Shown: positions 11,401 to 24,900 of the stretch, piece by piece
How positions within the stretch are numbered: position 1 is the stretch's first letter
Layout: every line of letters starts with the position of its first letter
Origin: Catajapyx aquilonaris
Taxonomy: Eukaryota
NCBI GenBank assembly: GCA_000934665.2
Contig: JYFJ02002839.1
Location: 1-50,382, forward strand
Direction of reading: 5' to 3'
DNA length: 50,382 nt
The notes under the pieces: model-generated
What the model was told of the DNA's origin: nothing
Databases searched by the model: none
What the model saw: the letters and a program-made list of their open reading frames with translations, nothing else
Translations under genes and position numbers: made by a program

Positions 11401-12307
11401 TATTGGGATGGGTCGGTTACCAGTTAACTCGTTACTGAATAACCGTTACCGAAAAGTAACTGGAACGGATCTTAACCGCTATCTGTTCCTTTCTATTTCT
11501 CGTTTTCTCCCCGCCGTCACTCCAACTTCCACTATGATTCCCCGAGGGGAGTCCTCCTGCTCCTAATGACTCGTCCCTCCCCTCCTCCTCATCCAGTCCT
11601 GCATCGCATGTGGGGCACCTTGATGTGGGGGATGTGGCCTGTATAGTACAACCCAACCCAAACCCATCAAATGCATTTAGGGATTAACAACAAACATTCG
11701 TGTCGTGGGGAAAATGACATGGCCGCATTGACTAAGGACCAGATCTCCAGTGGCACGATCTTCATATTGATATTTTGATCACCTTTGTGAGTTTGTGTAG
11801 GGATTTTGGGCTCAGGTAATACCGACACCTCGTTCAAAAATCCCATCCCGTCCCATCGCCTGTCAATATTATTACAGTTAGAAAATCTAGTGCATCCAAT
11901 ATACATATGCAAGCTGGTCAGTTTTAATAACCGTTTAAAGGATTACCTTTCCACATGAGGCTGGGAAATATTACCATTATTCTCGTGTCATGCTGAAAAT
12001 TAACAAGTATTTAAATTATTATTATTATTACAAGGGCATATTACGAACGGCTTATCTGTATGTGTCGCATTGAACAAGTCGTATACATTTGTACACCAAA
12101 TTTCACTTTTATTAATTGATTATTATTTCCAACAATTAGTAAGAATACGAGATTCCTCAGCGTTGAACTTAGTCACCCTTGTGACCAGAAAATTTGTGAC
12201 TATTTTATTGTCTTTTCGTGGTGCGCACTCTGATGTGTCCCGTCTTCACCAGCAGGTAGACGCAGGCAGATGTATTGATTTGTTATTGGTTTTTCTTCAC
12301 TCTACAC

Positions 12308-14686
12308 TGTAACGGTATACCCGTTACCCCACTTGTCCTCCCTTCTTACAATGCACCCTGCCTAAAACAGCCCATCTTACATACCACCCTGGAATATCCA
12401 TCCTATCCCCTATTTATTGCCCTCCACCTTTCAGTCCAATTCCTGCCCCTACCTCCCATAAAAACCCTCCTTCAGTGAATGACACCCTGTTTGTCCAACT
12501 ACCCAACGAGACCATCCTCTCTTGACCTCGCCACCCTCCTTCTTCTTGACCACCCTCTTGCTTTCCCCTGCCTTTTTGAAGCAGTCTGGATAGCAACCTC
12601 ATCCAGATGACACCCATATTCCTCCTCCTGCACCTACAACATCTCCCGTACATCCTCCCTCGATCTACATTGTAATTGTTTATCTTGCCTCAATACATCA
12701 GTTATTCCATTACTATTGACTCCCCTTATTCATTCCTCACACCCCCGTGACACTTCCCTCCTGACTTGACGTAATAAGTGTTACAAAATGGCGCCCAACG
12801 TGATTCACCTGTGACCTGAGTTTTCACAACAACAAGTCCAGTCCATCCCCTCCTACATACACCTGTGCCCAAGTGCCTTTTCCCGTCTCCACTCTCGCGC
12901 CTCTACCATGCCCGGCGTGCACCGTGTGGGGTCGGCATCGCTCCAGCCTGCAGCCAGCGCATCATCCTGGCCCATCACACCAGCAGAGCCAGGTGATGCA
13001 GGGAGGATCCCCCTCAAGATGGTTCCTGAAATGTAGGAAGCCATCCTCCGCTTCCTCCGAGGTCGTCCCGCCATTCTTCGCAGCCCATCGACGCTGCCCT
13101 CTCGCCGGATGACCCTCGGGGTGAGTACCAGTGCCGTCAACAAGTCACAACCACTACCTTTCCCACCCTTCATACCCCCCTCCAAGCAAATGCTCACCCA
13201 CGGCGCGGCGTGACCCCGTGGTACCCAATCCAGGGATGTTCCAATCCCGCGGTACCCAATCCAGGGGCTGATCAAAGTGGCATTACTTCTCCTCCCACCC
13301 CCTTCATACCCCTCTCCAGGCAAATGCNCACCCTTCATACCCCCCTCCAAGCAAATGCTCACCGACGGCGTGACCCCGTGGTACCCAATCCAGGGATTTT
13401 CCAATCCCGTGGTACCCAATCCAGGGCGTGATCAAAGTGGCATTACTGCTCTTCCCACCCCCTTCATACCCCTCTCCAGGCAAATGCTCACCGACGGCGT
13501 GACCCCGTGGTACCCAATCCAGGGATGTTCCAATCCCGTAGTACCCAATCCAGGGCGTGATCAAAGTGGCATTACTGCTCCTCCCACCCCCTACCCACCC
13601 TCAAGTAATCTTCTCTCCCATCACCTGGCACTCCAGAGTGCAATCCTTACTATTTTCCCACTCCCTGCCCTTATTCGCCCATCTCGGAGTTTAAATTCCG
13701 CACCCTCCTCCTCACCTGGCACTGGTACAACCCCCATTGTTGACCCCTCATTGTTGGCTCTCCCTGCCAATTCAACGGCGACGGGGACATCGTCTCCACC
13801 AGCCTGCCGCCATCTTCCAGCAGCGCTCCTCCAGCCTGCACCGATACTGCCTCCGACACCGTCGAGGAAGACGCAGCTAACTCCTGAACATTTTTGTGCT
13901 CATCTAGTGACTGAAGTGACCCGATGAACCATACAGCGGACAGCCTAATCCTTTTTGTTGCTATTTATGAAAATATGTTTCGTGAATATTCGTGTAACAC
14001 TCTCTCATTGTTGTTCATCGATATGCCCCCTTCTTTACCCTTACCCGACCACCTCCCTCCCTGCACACCCCCCCCTTTTTTATTGCTTCGTATTGTATGA
14101 AGTTCTCCTTAAACCCCCCTTACCAACCGCCTGCCCAGATTCTCCAGATTTCACTTTCACCTTCACATGCCCCTCCCTACATCTCCTCCAAAAAATATTA
14201 GGGGGAGTTGTAACGGTATACCCGTTACCCCACTTGTCCTCCCTTCTTACAATGCACCCTGCCTAAAACAGCCCATCTTACATACCACCCTGCAATATCC
14301 ATCCTATCCCCTATTTATTGCCCTCCACCTTTCAGTCCAATTCCTGCCCCTACCTCCCATAAAAACCCTCCTTCAGTGAATGACACCCTGTTTGTCCAAC
14401 TACCCAACGAGACCATCCTCTCTTGACCTCGCCACCCTCCTTCTTCTTGACCACCCTCTTGCTTTCCCCTGCCTTTTTGAGGGAGTCTGGATTGCAACCT
14501 CCTCCAGATGACACCCATATTCCTCCTCCTGCACCTACAACATCCCCCGTACATCCTCCCTCGATCTACATTGTAATTGTTTATCTTGCCTAAATACATC
14601 AGTTATTCCATTACTATTGACTCCCCTTATTCATTCCTCACACCCCCGTGACACTTCCCTCCTGACTTGACGTAATAAGTGTTACA
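12308..14686 (+). mobile_element. Non-autonomous LTR retroelement (478-bp LTRs, tRNA-Lys PBS, no gag/pol, no TSD)
   Basis: LTRs 12308-12785 and 14209-14686, both TGTAAC...GTTACA, about 7 substitutions by eye. PBS TGGCGCCCAACGTG at 12789-12802 (Lys-CUU type) and purine tract AGGGGGAG before the 3' LTR. Flanks (ctacac / atggta) do not match. Confidence 0.9.
13164..13592. repeat. ~120-bp tandem repeat (3 copies plus a partial) inside the LTR element
   Basis: Unit cacccttcatacccc...caaatgctcacc...cccgtggtacccaatccagggatgttccaatcccgtggtacccaatccaggg...gatcaaagtggcattact; each unit holds two copies of GTACCCAATCCAGGG. Confidence 0.9.
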
Positions 14687-14780
14687 ATGGTAATAGGCTA
14701 TAATCAGTGTAGCAGACACTGGCCACCACATATACACTGGGGCAGTCATTATGCCACATTTAGCTAATTTTTATTCTTAC

Positions 14781-15108
14781 CTGTGGCTTCCCTATCCGCG
14801 GAATTGAGTGCTTCTCCGTTAAGGACTTGTATCCGCTTGTGGGCCACACCACATCTACTGCAGCCGGAGTCGAAACCCCATCACTTTCTCCCCTGAAGTC
14901 ATTGTTCTGCTCATATAGTACTCCAATCTGAAACACAATTTTGCATCACTACTTGTTGACAACATACTTTTAGATGTATATATATCTCATACCTCGCTAT
15001 CAATTCCGCTTTTTTCCCTCTCTTGCTTGCACCACGTAGCTCCAACTCCCACCGCAGTTTTTCGACAGTATGCGACCCATAATCTCTGGAAACAGGCGTG
15101 CCGGCCAT
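14781..15108 (-). pseudogene. SAP-domain gene fragment (two exons), probably the accessory gene of a DNA transposon
   Basis: MAGTPVSRDYGSHTVEKLRWELELRGASKRGKKAELIAR fits the SAP motif (xVxxLRxELxxRGxxxxGxKxELIxRL). Donor gtatga at ~14991, acceptor tttcag at ~14928 continuing LEYY..., next donor gtaaga at ~14780. The second exon may be frameshifted. Confidence 0.65.
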
Positions 15109-15206
15109 GCTTTCCTTATGCAGTCGGCCCGTCAAGAGAGAAAAACAATAACATTTTGCCCACTAACGCCGCCTGGCGGCCGAACTTTCGGTGAGCAAGA
15201 CCTATT

Positions 15207-17150
15207 CAAAGTTCTGACATATGTCCGATGCAGACCTGAAACGCGTTCCAATGTCTGAGATGATCTTGTCCAACGTTGGCTAGAACACATTGCAGCGAAA
15301 TGCTGCAGCTGCTCCTCCTCCTACAGGAACCTGTGAATACATATGTGCATCTTGGGCCTGAGATCTGGAACGCTTATTTCGCGATTCAGGAAGAAAAGGT
15401 TCAATGCCAAGGTAGGTTCTCTGCCACTAACTGGGCTTCTCTCATTATTTCGCGAAATCTGTCTCGCAGACACTGTAAGTCACTCAGCAAGTCTTTCATG
15501 AGTTGCACCTCCCTGTCTAGAGTCACCTCCGGGCACTTCATGACTTTGTTCCTGTCATCTATGTTGGTGAGCACCAATGAAGACATGACAATGCACAGAA
15601 AGGAACCAAAGTATTTCCTCAAGGATACAGCCTGAGTCCGTGCGTCAGATGGTAAATTAAGATCCAAAACTTCATCCAGCGCTTCGAGTATCAGTGGCAG
15701 ATGCATAGCTATTGGGCGGACGGCGTCCACTCTTGCCGACCACCTTGTTTGTGACTGTGCATGGAGACTTACATGTGCTGTATCTTTTAAAATCTTCCTC
15801 CATCGGGCGGGATGATTGCTGAAAAGCATGTACAATTGCTGAATATTTACAAAGAATGTGACCATATCGTGCTGTGACTCTGCCGCATGAACACCAACAA
15901 GGTTCAAGGAATGACATGCGCAAGGGGAAAACGTGGCTTGGGGATATTTCTTCAGAATTAGCTGCTGCACTCCACGATGCTTTCCAGCCATATTCGCCCC
16001 ATTGTCGTAGCCCTGGCCACGGCAGTCCATTATTGGTATCCCACATTTCTCCAGTTCATCCTCCAGCAAAGCAGCCAGATCAGCACCGGTCTTCTTCTCG
16101 AATGGTACAAACTTGAGGAAACGCTCTCGTACAACCCACTCACAACCTTGGCGGTCAGATTCACTGCATTGGGCGACGTATCTTAAAATGATGACATTTT
16201 CTTCACAGTGAGAGACATCGGGTGTTGCGTCGCAAATTTGAGAGAAATATTTTGCTGCACTTCTCTCATCCAGAATGGCAGTCTTCACCTTTTCGCCGCA
16301 TACAGCAATGAGTTCATTCTGTGACTGGGGTGATAAGTAGTGCACGTACATTTTCTTGCCATCTTTTTGATGTCTCACTTTTTCCAAAAATAGTCTTTCA
16401 GAAGGGGGTCATAATGAGAGATCAGTTCTAAAATTCCAAGAAAATTTCCATTGTGGGGATCGCCAATGGTGGAGCTTGATCCTCGGAAGGCAAGATTTCT
16501 CTCCGCCAAGAATAATGTCTCATCCAGCAAACGTGTTAGAATCTGCACCCAGCGCTCAGCTTCCATGTTAATATGAGCTTGAATTGCGCTGTCAATTCCA
16601 GACGCATTCGTTAATCTGTGTTCCACTTGCCTCCAATCTGTATACATCTTCTTGTGGTGTCCACTTGCCTCATGACTGGGAAGTTTATCATACATGCTCT
16701 TCCATGTCCCACCTGCAGGATCGAAACCAGCTTCTTGAGCAAGCTGAGGACTGTTATGTGCAGGCTGCACTGATAACAATCGACAAGGAAAACAGTACAA
16801 TGAGCGCTTGGACTCACTCCAAACAAGATAATCCCTCAATGTCCTTTCGCCATTCTTCAGAACCACTGATTGCAGACCTTGAGGAAATCGACGACCCAGG
16901 GAATCTTCGGATACTTTTTCTACCTGCATATTCAACCCAGATGCTGCTACTGAGATTATGACGGCATCTTTAAATTTTTGAGATGGATTACTTGGCCACA
17001 GTCCAGGATCACAGGAGACACGCAATGAGGGGTTGTCATCTGGCTGACTTGTAACTGTATTAGCTGGTCCAACTTCTTCAACTATATTACTGGTAGAGGT
17101 ACTGGTGCTGCTAGCCGTGATTGAAGCAATAGCATCAAGTTTGAGGTTCA
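15207..17150 (-). pseudogene. hAT (Tip100/ZMYM1-like) transposase, frameshifted and 3'-truncated
   Basis: TTF-type Zn finger (LVWSESKRSLYCFPCRL), DUF4371 (FLAERNLAFRG..NGNFLGILELISHYDP; YLSPQSQNELI), catalytic region (DATPDVSH; RGQGYDNGANMAG; CACHSLNL; TRWSAR). Frameshifts near 16380 and 15410; the reading continues FRCNVF*PTLDKIISDIGTRF to ~15207. Confidence 0.93.
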
Positions 17151-17568
17151 TGGAATGTGGCCGTGAGTAGTACAGTAAGTAGTAAGTAGTAAGTTGACCC
17201 AATAATAACAACGTGTGCTCTGAGCTAACACTAGCTTTAATCTGACTGCTTACAAACGCCTCCGCCAGGAGGAAGCATACGCCAAACCAAGCGCCAAACC
17301 CCCCCTTAGGAGGCGGTATGCTACAATAACCAAACACAAAACAATTACTGTAATGATGATTTCCTTACCTCTGTCGGGGTTGGTCTTCCCCTCCAAACAT
17401 ATGTATTGTGGGATAATGAAAAAAATATAATGAGCACCACCCACTCAAAAATCACTCCAGCTGCAGAGCACAACTCCGAATCCTCGCCGCTTACAGCACT
17501 TAACATCACATTCCCTTTTATCTGAATATATCACAACCCTTTTTATCTGAATGATGCACTAAATAACG

Positions 17569-18860
17569 TCATTCTGTTGATGCCTGTCCTGTAACGTTGT
17601 TCTGATTTGATGATCTGTGTGGGCGGTGAGATATCCTGTCTTTGAAGTGAAGGAGCCAGGATTTAATGTAGGTTTCTACATCTTTTTCAGTTGGATTCTT
17701 CACTTTTGCTACCATCTTTGCAGACTCTGGAAAGCACAGTATGTAGCATGTAAAGAGGACTGACTACTTCTATGCAACAGTCTAAAGCAATTCTGCACGT
17801 GTATACTCACCATGTAGTAATCTGGTTATTTGTGTAAACTGCTGGAACCTCACTTTCTTTGTCAGATTCAGTGGCGAACCATCAAGGTTGGTTGCCCCAG
17901 GGAGGGATGTTGATCCTGTCCAGTTAGTGAGATGGCACAGCTCATCAGCGATTAATTTAGGTAATGCTCGTGCCAAAAACTCGTTCAGAGAATTTCCCCC
18001 CAAATCTTTTAGATAGTCGGCCTGCAATAAGGGTGAAGGGAGACAATGCGAAGCCCAAATTAACTGGATGTTGGATACAGTACTTCTGTCTGTACCAGAT
18101 TCGCAGATTACGAATACTCGCTAAATCCATGATGTTGTTATCATTCAGCTTTTCGTGCAAGTTCCATCAATTGTGTAGACAGGTAGCACAGCATCACTAC
18201 CAAGACTTGGACAGCTCCTTCACTGATCCTTCCTGAAGTTGTCGCTGCGCTTCAGCTAATGATCGTTGTCCCTCAAGAATTGCATTCAGTTTTTGAAACA
18301 ATCGCTTTTCATAAACTGCAAAGTCAGCTGCACGAAGAGCAAACAAATAAAATACTTGAATAGATCAAGTAACTATGTTGATGTAACGCTCGAGAGAGAA
18401 GGATGATGTACCTTTGGTTATGTAGTCCGAATTTGTCTGGCAGAGGCTGCTGTTTGCTGAAGTAGTGCTTGTGAGAAGTGGGGTCACTGCTGCGGCTGAT
18501 GTCACTTCTCAAATTCAATGGAGTCAGGCCAAGTGTCATTTTGGAATTCCCTGGAAAACTGCAGTAGAAACAGTGATTTATCATTCTTTTACTGATGAGC
18601 AGTTTGTGAAATGAAAAATTAGAGATGGGGAGGATTAATTAAATGGTACCCTTCGAAATCATCATTGCTGATGCTGCTGGTTATGCTCTCGTTGTCTGTT
18701 GTCACTTCCACTACCTGAGGCGGTGACTCTTGTGTGGATTTCACAGGTGTACGCTTTTTCTTACTTTTCCTCCTCTTAGCTGGCAGTGGAACTTCTCTAG
18801 CCCTACTTTCTGATGAACTGACATTGTCACCTTCTGACTCAAGGTTTGAAGTAGTGCTTC
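17569..18860 (-). pseudogene. Multi-exon DUF4806-domain gene (usual accessory gene of some animal EnSpm/CACTA-type elements)
   Basis: Exon ~17810-18021 YLKDLGGNSLNEFLARALPKLIADELCHLTNWTG..KKVRF; last exon 17569-17726 ..EKDVETYIKSWLLHFKDR; upstream exons carry a basic NLS-like PAKRRKSKKKR. GT-AG sites visible; stops in the ~18130-18320 exon. Confidence 0.75.
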
Positions 18861-18865
18861 AACAT

Positions 18866-19032
18866 CTATCCGGATTCCCGGACTGTCCGGTATCCGGATA
18901 TCCGAGCCTGTTTCGGATCCCTCTTCCCAGATCCGCACATCCGGATAGTGTCGGACGGTCCGGATAGTCCGAGTTTCTGATCCGATCCGAGACACTTTGT
19001 ACCCATCGGGATCCGAGGATCCGGATCGAACG
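18866..19032. repeat. Array of short (A)TCCGG(A)/CGGAT motifs typical of hAT-type MITE interiors
   Basis: Repeated atccgg / ccggatatccg / ggatccg; termini not identified. Confidence 0.5.
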
Positions 19033-19327
19033 TTTGTTGTGAGAAATGAGCATATTTTATTCGCATAATTAAAAACGCATTTATTGGAGGCAGGTAAAAA
19101 CCTCCAGTCAAATGGTCCATCCCAAAGGCCTAGTGTCCATGTCAAAACATGAGGTTAATTCGATTTCCGTGCAGAAAAGCTCTCTTTCCTTCTTATTAGG
19201 CCTTCTTTCTTTTCAAATAATACTTTTAAGTCGGGTTTCTACATATACCGTACTTAGGCCTAAAGTGTTTCTTCGCATTTTGCTCGTTTAAATCGGATAG
19301 TGCAGGGCTACTCAATTGGAGGACCGT

Positions 19328-20190
19328 GAGCGAAGTCCAATCAGTTGGCAGTATGCCTGTTATCAAGATTAGATTAAAAACTTTCACTATTAACTCTATC
19401 AATTCATTCGATGACAATTTATAAAGTTCGTTGGGTAGTTTATCGGGTCCGCCCGCCTTCTTATTTTTCAAGTGTATTAACGCCCCCTGCAACTCACCAG
19501 TCGTTATGGGGCCATCTAATTTTAGTATGGAGAAGCCATTATATAAACTCATTGAAGCTATTTGGGCTCTCGATTCATGCCATATTTTGTAAGTGGTCTA
19601 ACCAGGTTTGTTCCTCTAATTTCGAAGCCACTTTACCATCTGTTTTGTATCTCTTAACAAGGGCCCAAAACTCCGCCGAGTTCTTCGTTGCTAACATCTT
19701 TTGCAATGTAACATTGCAATACAGCTTTTCTGTCGCTCTCAATATCTTCTTATATAGCGTGGCTCGTTTCCTATATTCCTTTCTCAAATCGTCCGTCGGG
19801 TTTGCTTTCCACTTCCGCATTGATTTCGAAAGTTCTCTTTTATGCTTTTTTTTGGGCTTCATCAAACCAAGGGTTGGCCTTTCTTTTGCATTTTCATTTG
19901 TGGTTTTAATTTCCCTTAATTTAGGATCACTTGCATCCCCTGTATCATTCGTCCGGCCAATCCCTGAGCTTCTGTATTTATTCTAAGTAATTCTCTGCAC
20001 AATTCTGTTACCCGTTGTTGTTCTAATTCCGTTTTGGACTGTTCCAATTTATTCCTGTCCAAAACTACTCTCGAGGCACGACATTGTTCCTCCCCCGACT
20101 CCTGCCCCACACAACTAATGTAAATCGGGAAATGGTCCTTTTGTGTCACCAATTTTGGTGAACACAAATGAGAGCGCTGTTGGTTCATTT
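19328..20190 (-). mobile_element. LINE (non-LTR retrotransposon) ORF2 fragment from the end of the endonuclease to the start of the RT region
   Basis: DHFPI (APE C-terminus), KNSAEFWALVKRYK, and GPITTGELQGALIHLKNKKAGGPDKLPNELYK..FNLILITGILPTDW (conserved pre-RT KAPGPDGxPNE block). Contains stops and frameshifts. Confidence 0.88.
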
Positions 20191-21957
20191 CAAGTCCCCA
20201 TTTATTCGAGCGGTATTTAAGGGCGGATGATTAGGTAAAAGGAATTGTCAGGTTATCTGGGTAGAGGGGTAGATCTGTACAATGTCGACAAGATCAATAA
20301 CGAATAGGTGACCCCATACAAAGGGGTGTTATACACCTATCCACGACACTATGTCAGGATATTCTCCCACGAGTGTCGGGCCAGTTCTCCGGGGTGAACC
20401 CCACGAGAAAAAGGCCTCGAATGGATGCGGTTGGTGGCTTATATACACTGTCAACTTTGAAGCAATAAATTTATTGGACTAAGACAATAAAAGTATTGCT
20501 CCCCATTCCAATGTTTCCCCCAATAAAAATATTAGGAAAGCAATACAGATATTGTGTTTACGCAATGAAGACATCGTGTCCACACAATTGAGTTATTGCA
20601 ACCCCTAAATAAATACATTGTGTTCTCACAGTACAATGTTTCGGGAATATATTTATTGTGGTCTCCACATATATTGATTGTGTTTGATAAATATGTTTAT
20701 TGAGATGATGCAATAACAGTATCGTTTCCACGACAAAATATACATTCAATAAATTTATTGAGCTTGTCAAGTATATTCATTGCATTGTCCCAATACGTTT
20801 ATTTCCATTGCTGATGAATCTGTTGTGTAAACTCAATAACTGAAATTCGCCTGGTCAATCCATTTATTGTGTTAGCCAAATACAGTTATTGTAAACACTC
20901 CGTAACTAATTACCCCATTTCAGATGTTTATTTCTGACATAAAACTATGGCAGTTTTAAATGAAATTAAGACACAGCCTTTTCCACACATTGGTGCTGCC
21001 CAAGACACACACAATCAAAGTGAAGAAAAAAAACTTAAAAACAAAAAACCCACCACCACATAAATAGGCCGTCCCAGTTATTTGGCTGTAATCTGCTTCC
21101 ACAAAGCTTTGGCCCTGTAGCTGGGGGAACAGTCATCAAGTCTGTAAATGTAATGGCCAATGAACTTTTGAAATTTTTTTTGATGTGAATTCAAGCCAGA
21201 ATGTGTATGCCGATGCGAAATAACACACAACTGCATGGCTGCCATCTTCGCACTGGCAAATCCTTCTTCCATCTATGACAAGGTGGTATTCATCGCTCAG
21301 GAAGATGTTGTCCTGGTCGTACGTAATGGCAACCAATGGCTTTGCCCTGTCGCAAGGTTCATCTCCACCCTCCCCCTATTAAATAAGAGCATTCATCATT
21401 AAAATCACACCTTTCCTTATTACAATTACCATATTCCTGCTTTGAGCAGACACCGGAGCTACACACAAGTGGGAAGGGAGGCAATTTTCCCTAGGCCCCA
21501 TGGCAGAGAACATACTAAAGCACCCTGAAGAAATACTAAAGCTTGAAATTCATGGTTACAATTTTCAAAAGGGGCCCCCATCAGAACTTTTCCCCTGGGC
21601 CCCAAGCCCTCCCAGACATTGCAGGCCCACGTGCATATGGTCAATGTGAACTAACCTGCTGCTGAAAAATGGAATCTACAGATTCCCCCATCTTCTCCAC
21701 CACAATGAGGGTCGCAGCAAAAGCTCCAAACCCCGAATGTCGGTGATGGTGCCCAAGTGTCTCTTGGCATCTGCCAAGTACCGCTTCACTGGGAACTCAA
21801 TGTCCCTTTTAGCCTTCTGGAGCAATGGTTGGACTAATGGACCCATGTTTTGCAGAAAGCATTTGTCGGCATCAGTCACACCCTTAATTCGTTGGAATTC
21901 CTTGATTATCTGCAATTTTAACATGAAAACAAATTCTTAATTTTGGACCCATACTAG

Positions 21958-24900
21958 TGTGACAGGATGGGCACATAGATCAAGTCTATGACCGGAGCAG
22001 AGGGGATGCCAAAGTAAACAGAGGCTAACCGTATGAACTGGGTGTTTATTTCCTTCGGGATGGAACGGGTACACATAGGTAGGGGAAAGGTGGTGATCAA
22101 GGGGCAAGCTGACAGTGCAAGACCCGGTGGTTGTGACCACCCCGACCAGAATATTCTCCTGGACCGGGAGAGGCCCCGACTGGTGGGTGACCGCGGTATA
22201 TATAGTACTCTGACGCCCCACAGCATGATGGGAAGTTTTATCAGGAGCCAACCAGAGGCGGGCGATTACACAGAGTCGCAAGATAACAAGGGGGTTCCAC
22301 GGTCAAAACACGCAAGGCAAGAAATGGGGTAGGACAGTGCAGCTGGTGCTGTCACACACCTCGCCAGGGAGACTCCGCCAAGGATTTAAACAATACGAAG
22401 GCGGGAGTAGAAAACAATACCATAAACATACGTCATACCCAGCCATACAGCATAGACACATGGTTCAAACAAACAGAACTAAAACATGATAATCTTCATT
22501 TCATTCAAAGCCAAAATCAAAACCATGTGTCAAGAGGATCAAAAGAGGCCCCAATACAAATGGGGTAGGTGGCTCTTGTGTGGTAAAAGCAAAATCAAAG
22601 AGGAGGGACACGGAGACAAACTCGTGACATAGTTACATGAGGTAGTCGGGAGCCTCATCTTCATCTGACGAGCTCACTATTATGACGTCATCTGTCCTTG
22701 GTGGTGGTGCTGGCTGCGCTGGGTGCGCCAGGGGCCTGGCTACATCAGGTGTTGAATGCTCCAGAACTCGAAGAGGTGTTTCAAAGTAGTCCTTTGGGGC
22801 TGGATCAGAAATCGGGGCACAGCCTATGAGACATCCGCGGTGGAAATCCAGCATGCAGTGGTGTGCTGCCAGAAAATCGGCACCCACCACCACGGAGGCC
22901 ACCGAATACGGGACGATCCAAAACGGGTGTGGGAGTAAGGCTCCTCCGATCTTCACCTCTGCTTCGCACCGGCCCACCGGACGAATCAGCTGACCGTCGC
23001 ACATGACCAGTCTGGGTAGGGGCTGGTTGGGTAGAAGCGCAGGGCGATGTTCTTCCGGCATTGCGTCCAAACAAGAGGCGGCAATGGAAGAAACGGCGGC
23101 ACCGCTGCTGACTAAGGCTGCAAACTGTAGTCCGCCAACGGTGACTGGCGTGGTTACAGCAACAATCAAGTCTGCAGGTGGGGTGTAACAAGCCATCGCT
23201 GTTGCTCGGGTTGCTCTTCTCAAAGGTGGTGGCAGGAACTGCTATCTGGTTATGAGGACCGTACCACACAACCCGGGAATTTATACCCACGGAAAATATC
23301 CATCATGCACTTGGCTCTGTATTCGAGGTCAGGTGGGACTGAGGTTAATACAGTCCGATTCAAGTTGGGTGCGAGGGGGCATTTAACCACAAATGACCAT
23401 AAAAGAAATGCAGAGTTAGTTGGGCGCGATTGTACGTACAGCACGTTATCAGAATCAGATGTTCTTATCAGGATCAAGTGTTCTTTTAACTGCCACAACA
23501 CATACGACGTCTAATTACGACTGGTTTCACTATTCACGGACATCAAACGTACACTCGAAATGCTGCAAGTAGACTTACTACAACGAGGTCAGCTCTTCTG
23601 CGTACGACTAGGAGTCTTCTGCTCTTCTGGCTGCTCGTAGTTTTACGTATACAGGGCGGATACTTCAGGTTGCGGCTCGGCGGCATCTTCGCAATGGACA
23701 GCTCGTAGTCTTGCTGTTGACGGGGTCGGCTAAGAGTCTTATGCTTTCCTGGCGGCTCGTAGACTTATGTAGACGGGGCGGATACATCCGGTCACTGCTA
23801 GGCGTCCAAGCGGACATCCCCGCATTTAAGGGGTGTGGAGTGGTTGATGTAGCGGTGTGTTCCTCGTTTTCTCGTGGCGACTTCTTCTCCATCCATGAGG
23901 GTCTTACGTGGAGGGAAGGAACGGGCAACGAACGGGATGGTGCTCGTTGGAAAAAAAGGAGGAAGGGAAAAGCATTTGACGCTCAAAAGGGAGGATGGAC
24001 GTGGTGAGGATACGTCCTCCAAATGACTAAACGTGTCGGGATTTCACGTAGTCGGTTACTTAAGAGTTCCGTGTGCAGAACACATGACGACCGTAGACTG
24101 CTCATACTCACGGTATGGTGTCGTCAAAAGGGTCAACGACGCGGGGTAAGGCGTCTGACCACCAACATCTGCTCCTCTGTCCATGTGGAAGGCACGGATA
24201 GAACAAAAGGGAACAGATTTGTGAGCCAACCGGCTCAAAGGAAGGGCAAAAGGGCGGAGGGATAGGGGTATGGTTAAATAGGGCTCACCAACGATGCTTG
24301 TAGACTCACCAAGGCACCTGAACGGAACGTGTTCAGTGCACGTGTGGCTTCTCGTGGAGCTGCACGTAGGTTTACGTCTACTTCTTGCTTCGTGATGGAG
24401 ACCATTAGTAGCGGAAGTCTGGTACACACAGGTAGGATTGCTCGTACACTTAAAGGACTTCTGCTTCGGCTCGTACTGGTTGTGGATGATGCTTCTCGTA
24501 GCCACAGCACAGGTGATCGTGCCACTGAGGTCGATCCAGACGCTGAGAAGGGAGTTCGGCTGCGAATGCTCGTAGGCACCGGGCTGCTCGTACTTCTGCT
24601 CGTATACATACGACTGCTTCTTCGCATCTGGGCTGCTCGTACTTCTGTTCGTAGCCGTAGGGGTTTCGGCTGGTGCGGCTCCGTACACGTAGGACGTCTC
24701 CCCGTGTTTGGGCTGCTTAGGCGGCAAGGGAAGTCTTCCAACGGTCCAGATTGTGAGTCGTATCCCGTACGTAAGTTGTACGGAGACAATAGGAAGGGTA
24801 GGAGAGAACAGGGTAAAGAGGTAGTGTTCGTGGGGTATTCGTGGGTAAGGGTAGGAGGGTCTAAGGAAAAGGGTAACTGACGGTTTATGTCAGTGGAGGA

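Noticed and set aside
13164..13592. Repeat array as a CRISPR array
   Set aside because: The sequences between the GTACCCAATCCAGGG repeats are themselves repeated rather than unique spacers. The context is a eukaryotic LTR element and there are no cas genes.
21937..22332. ORFs in the Gypsy LTRs (also 24885-25454, and 12275-12653 / 14167-14599 in the other element)
   Set aside because: They recur only because the LTRs are duplicated; no domain motifs.
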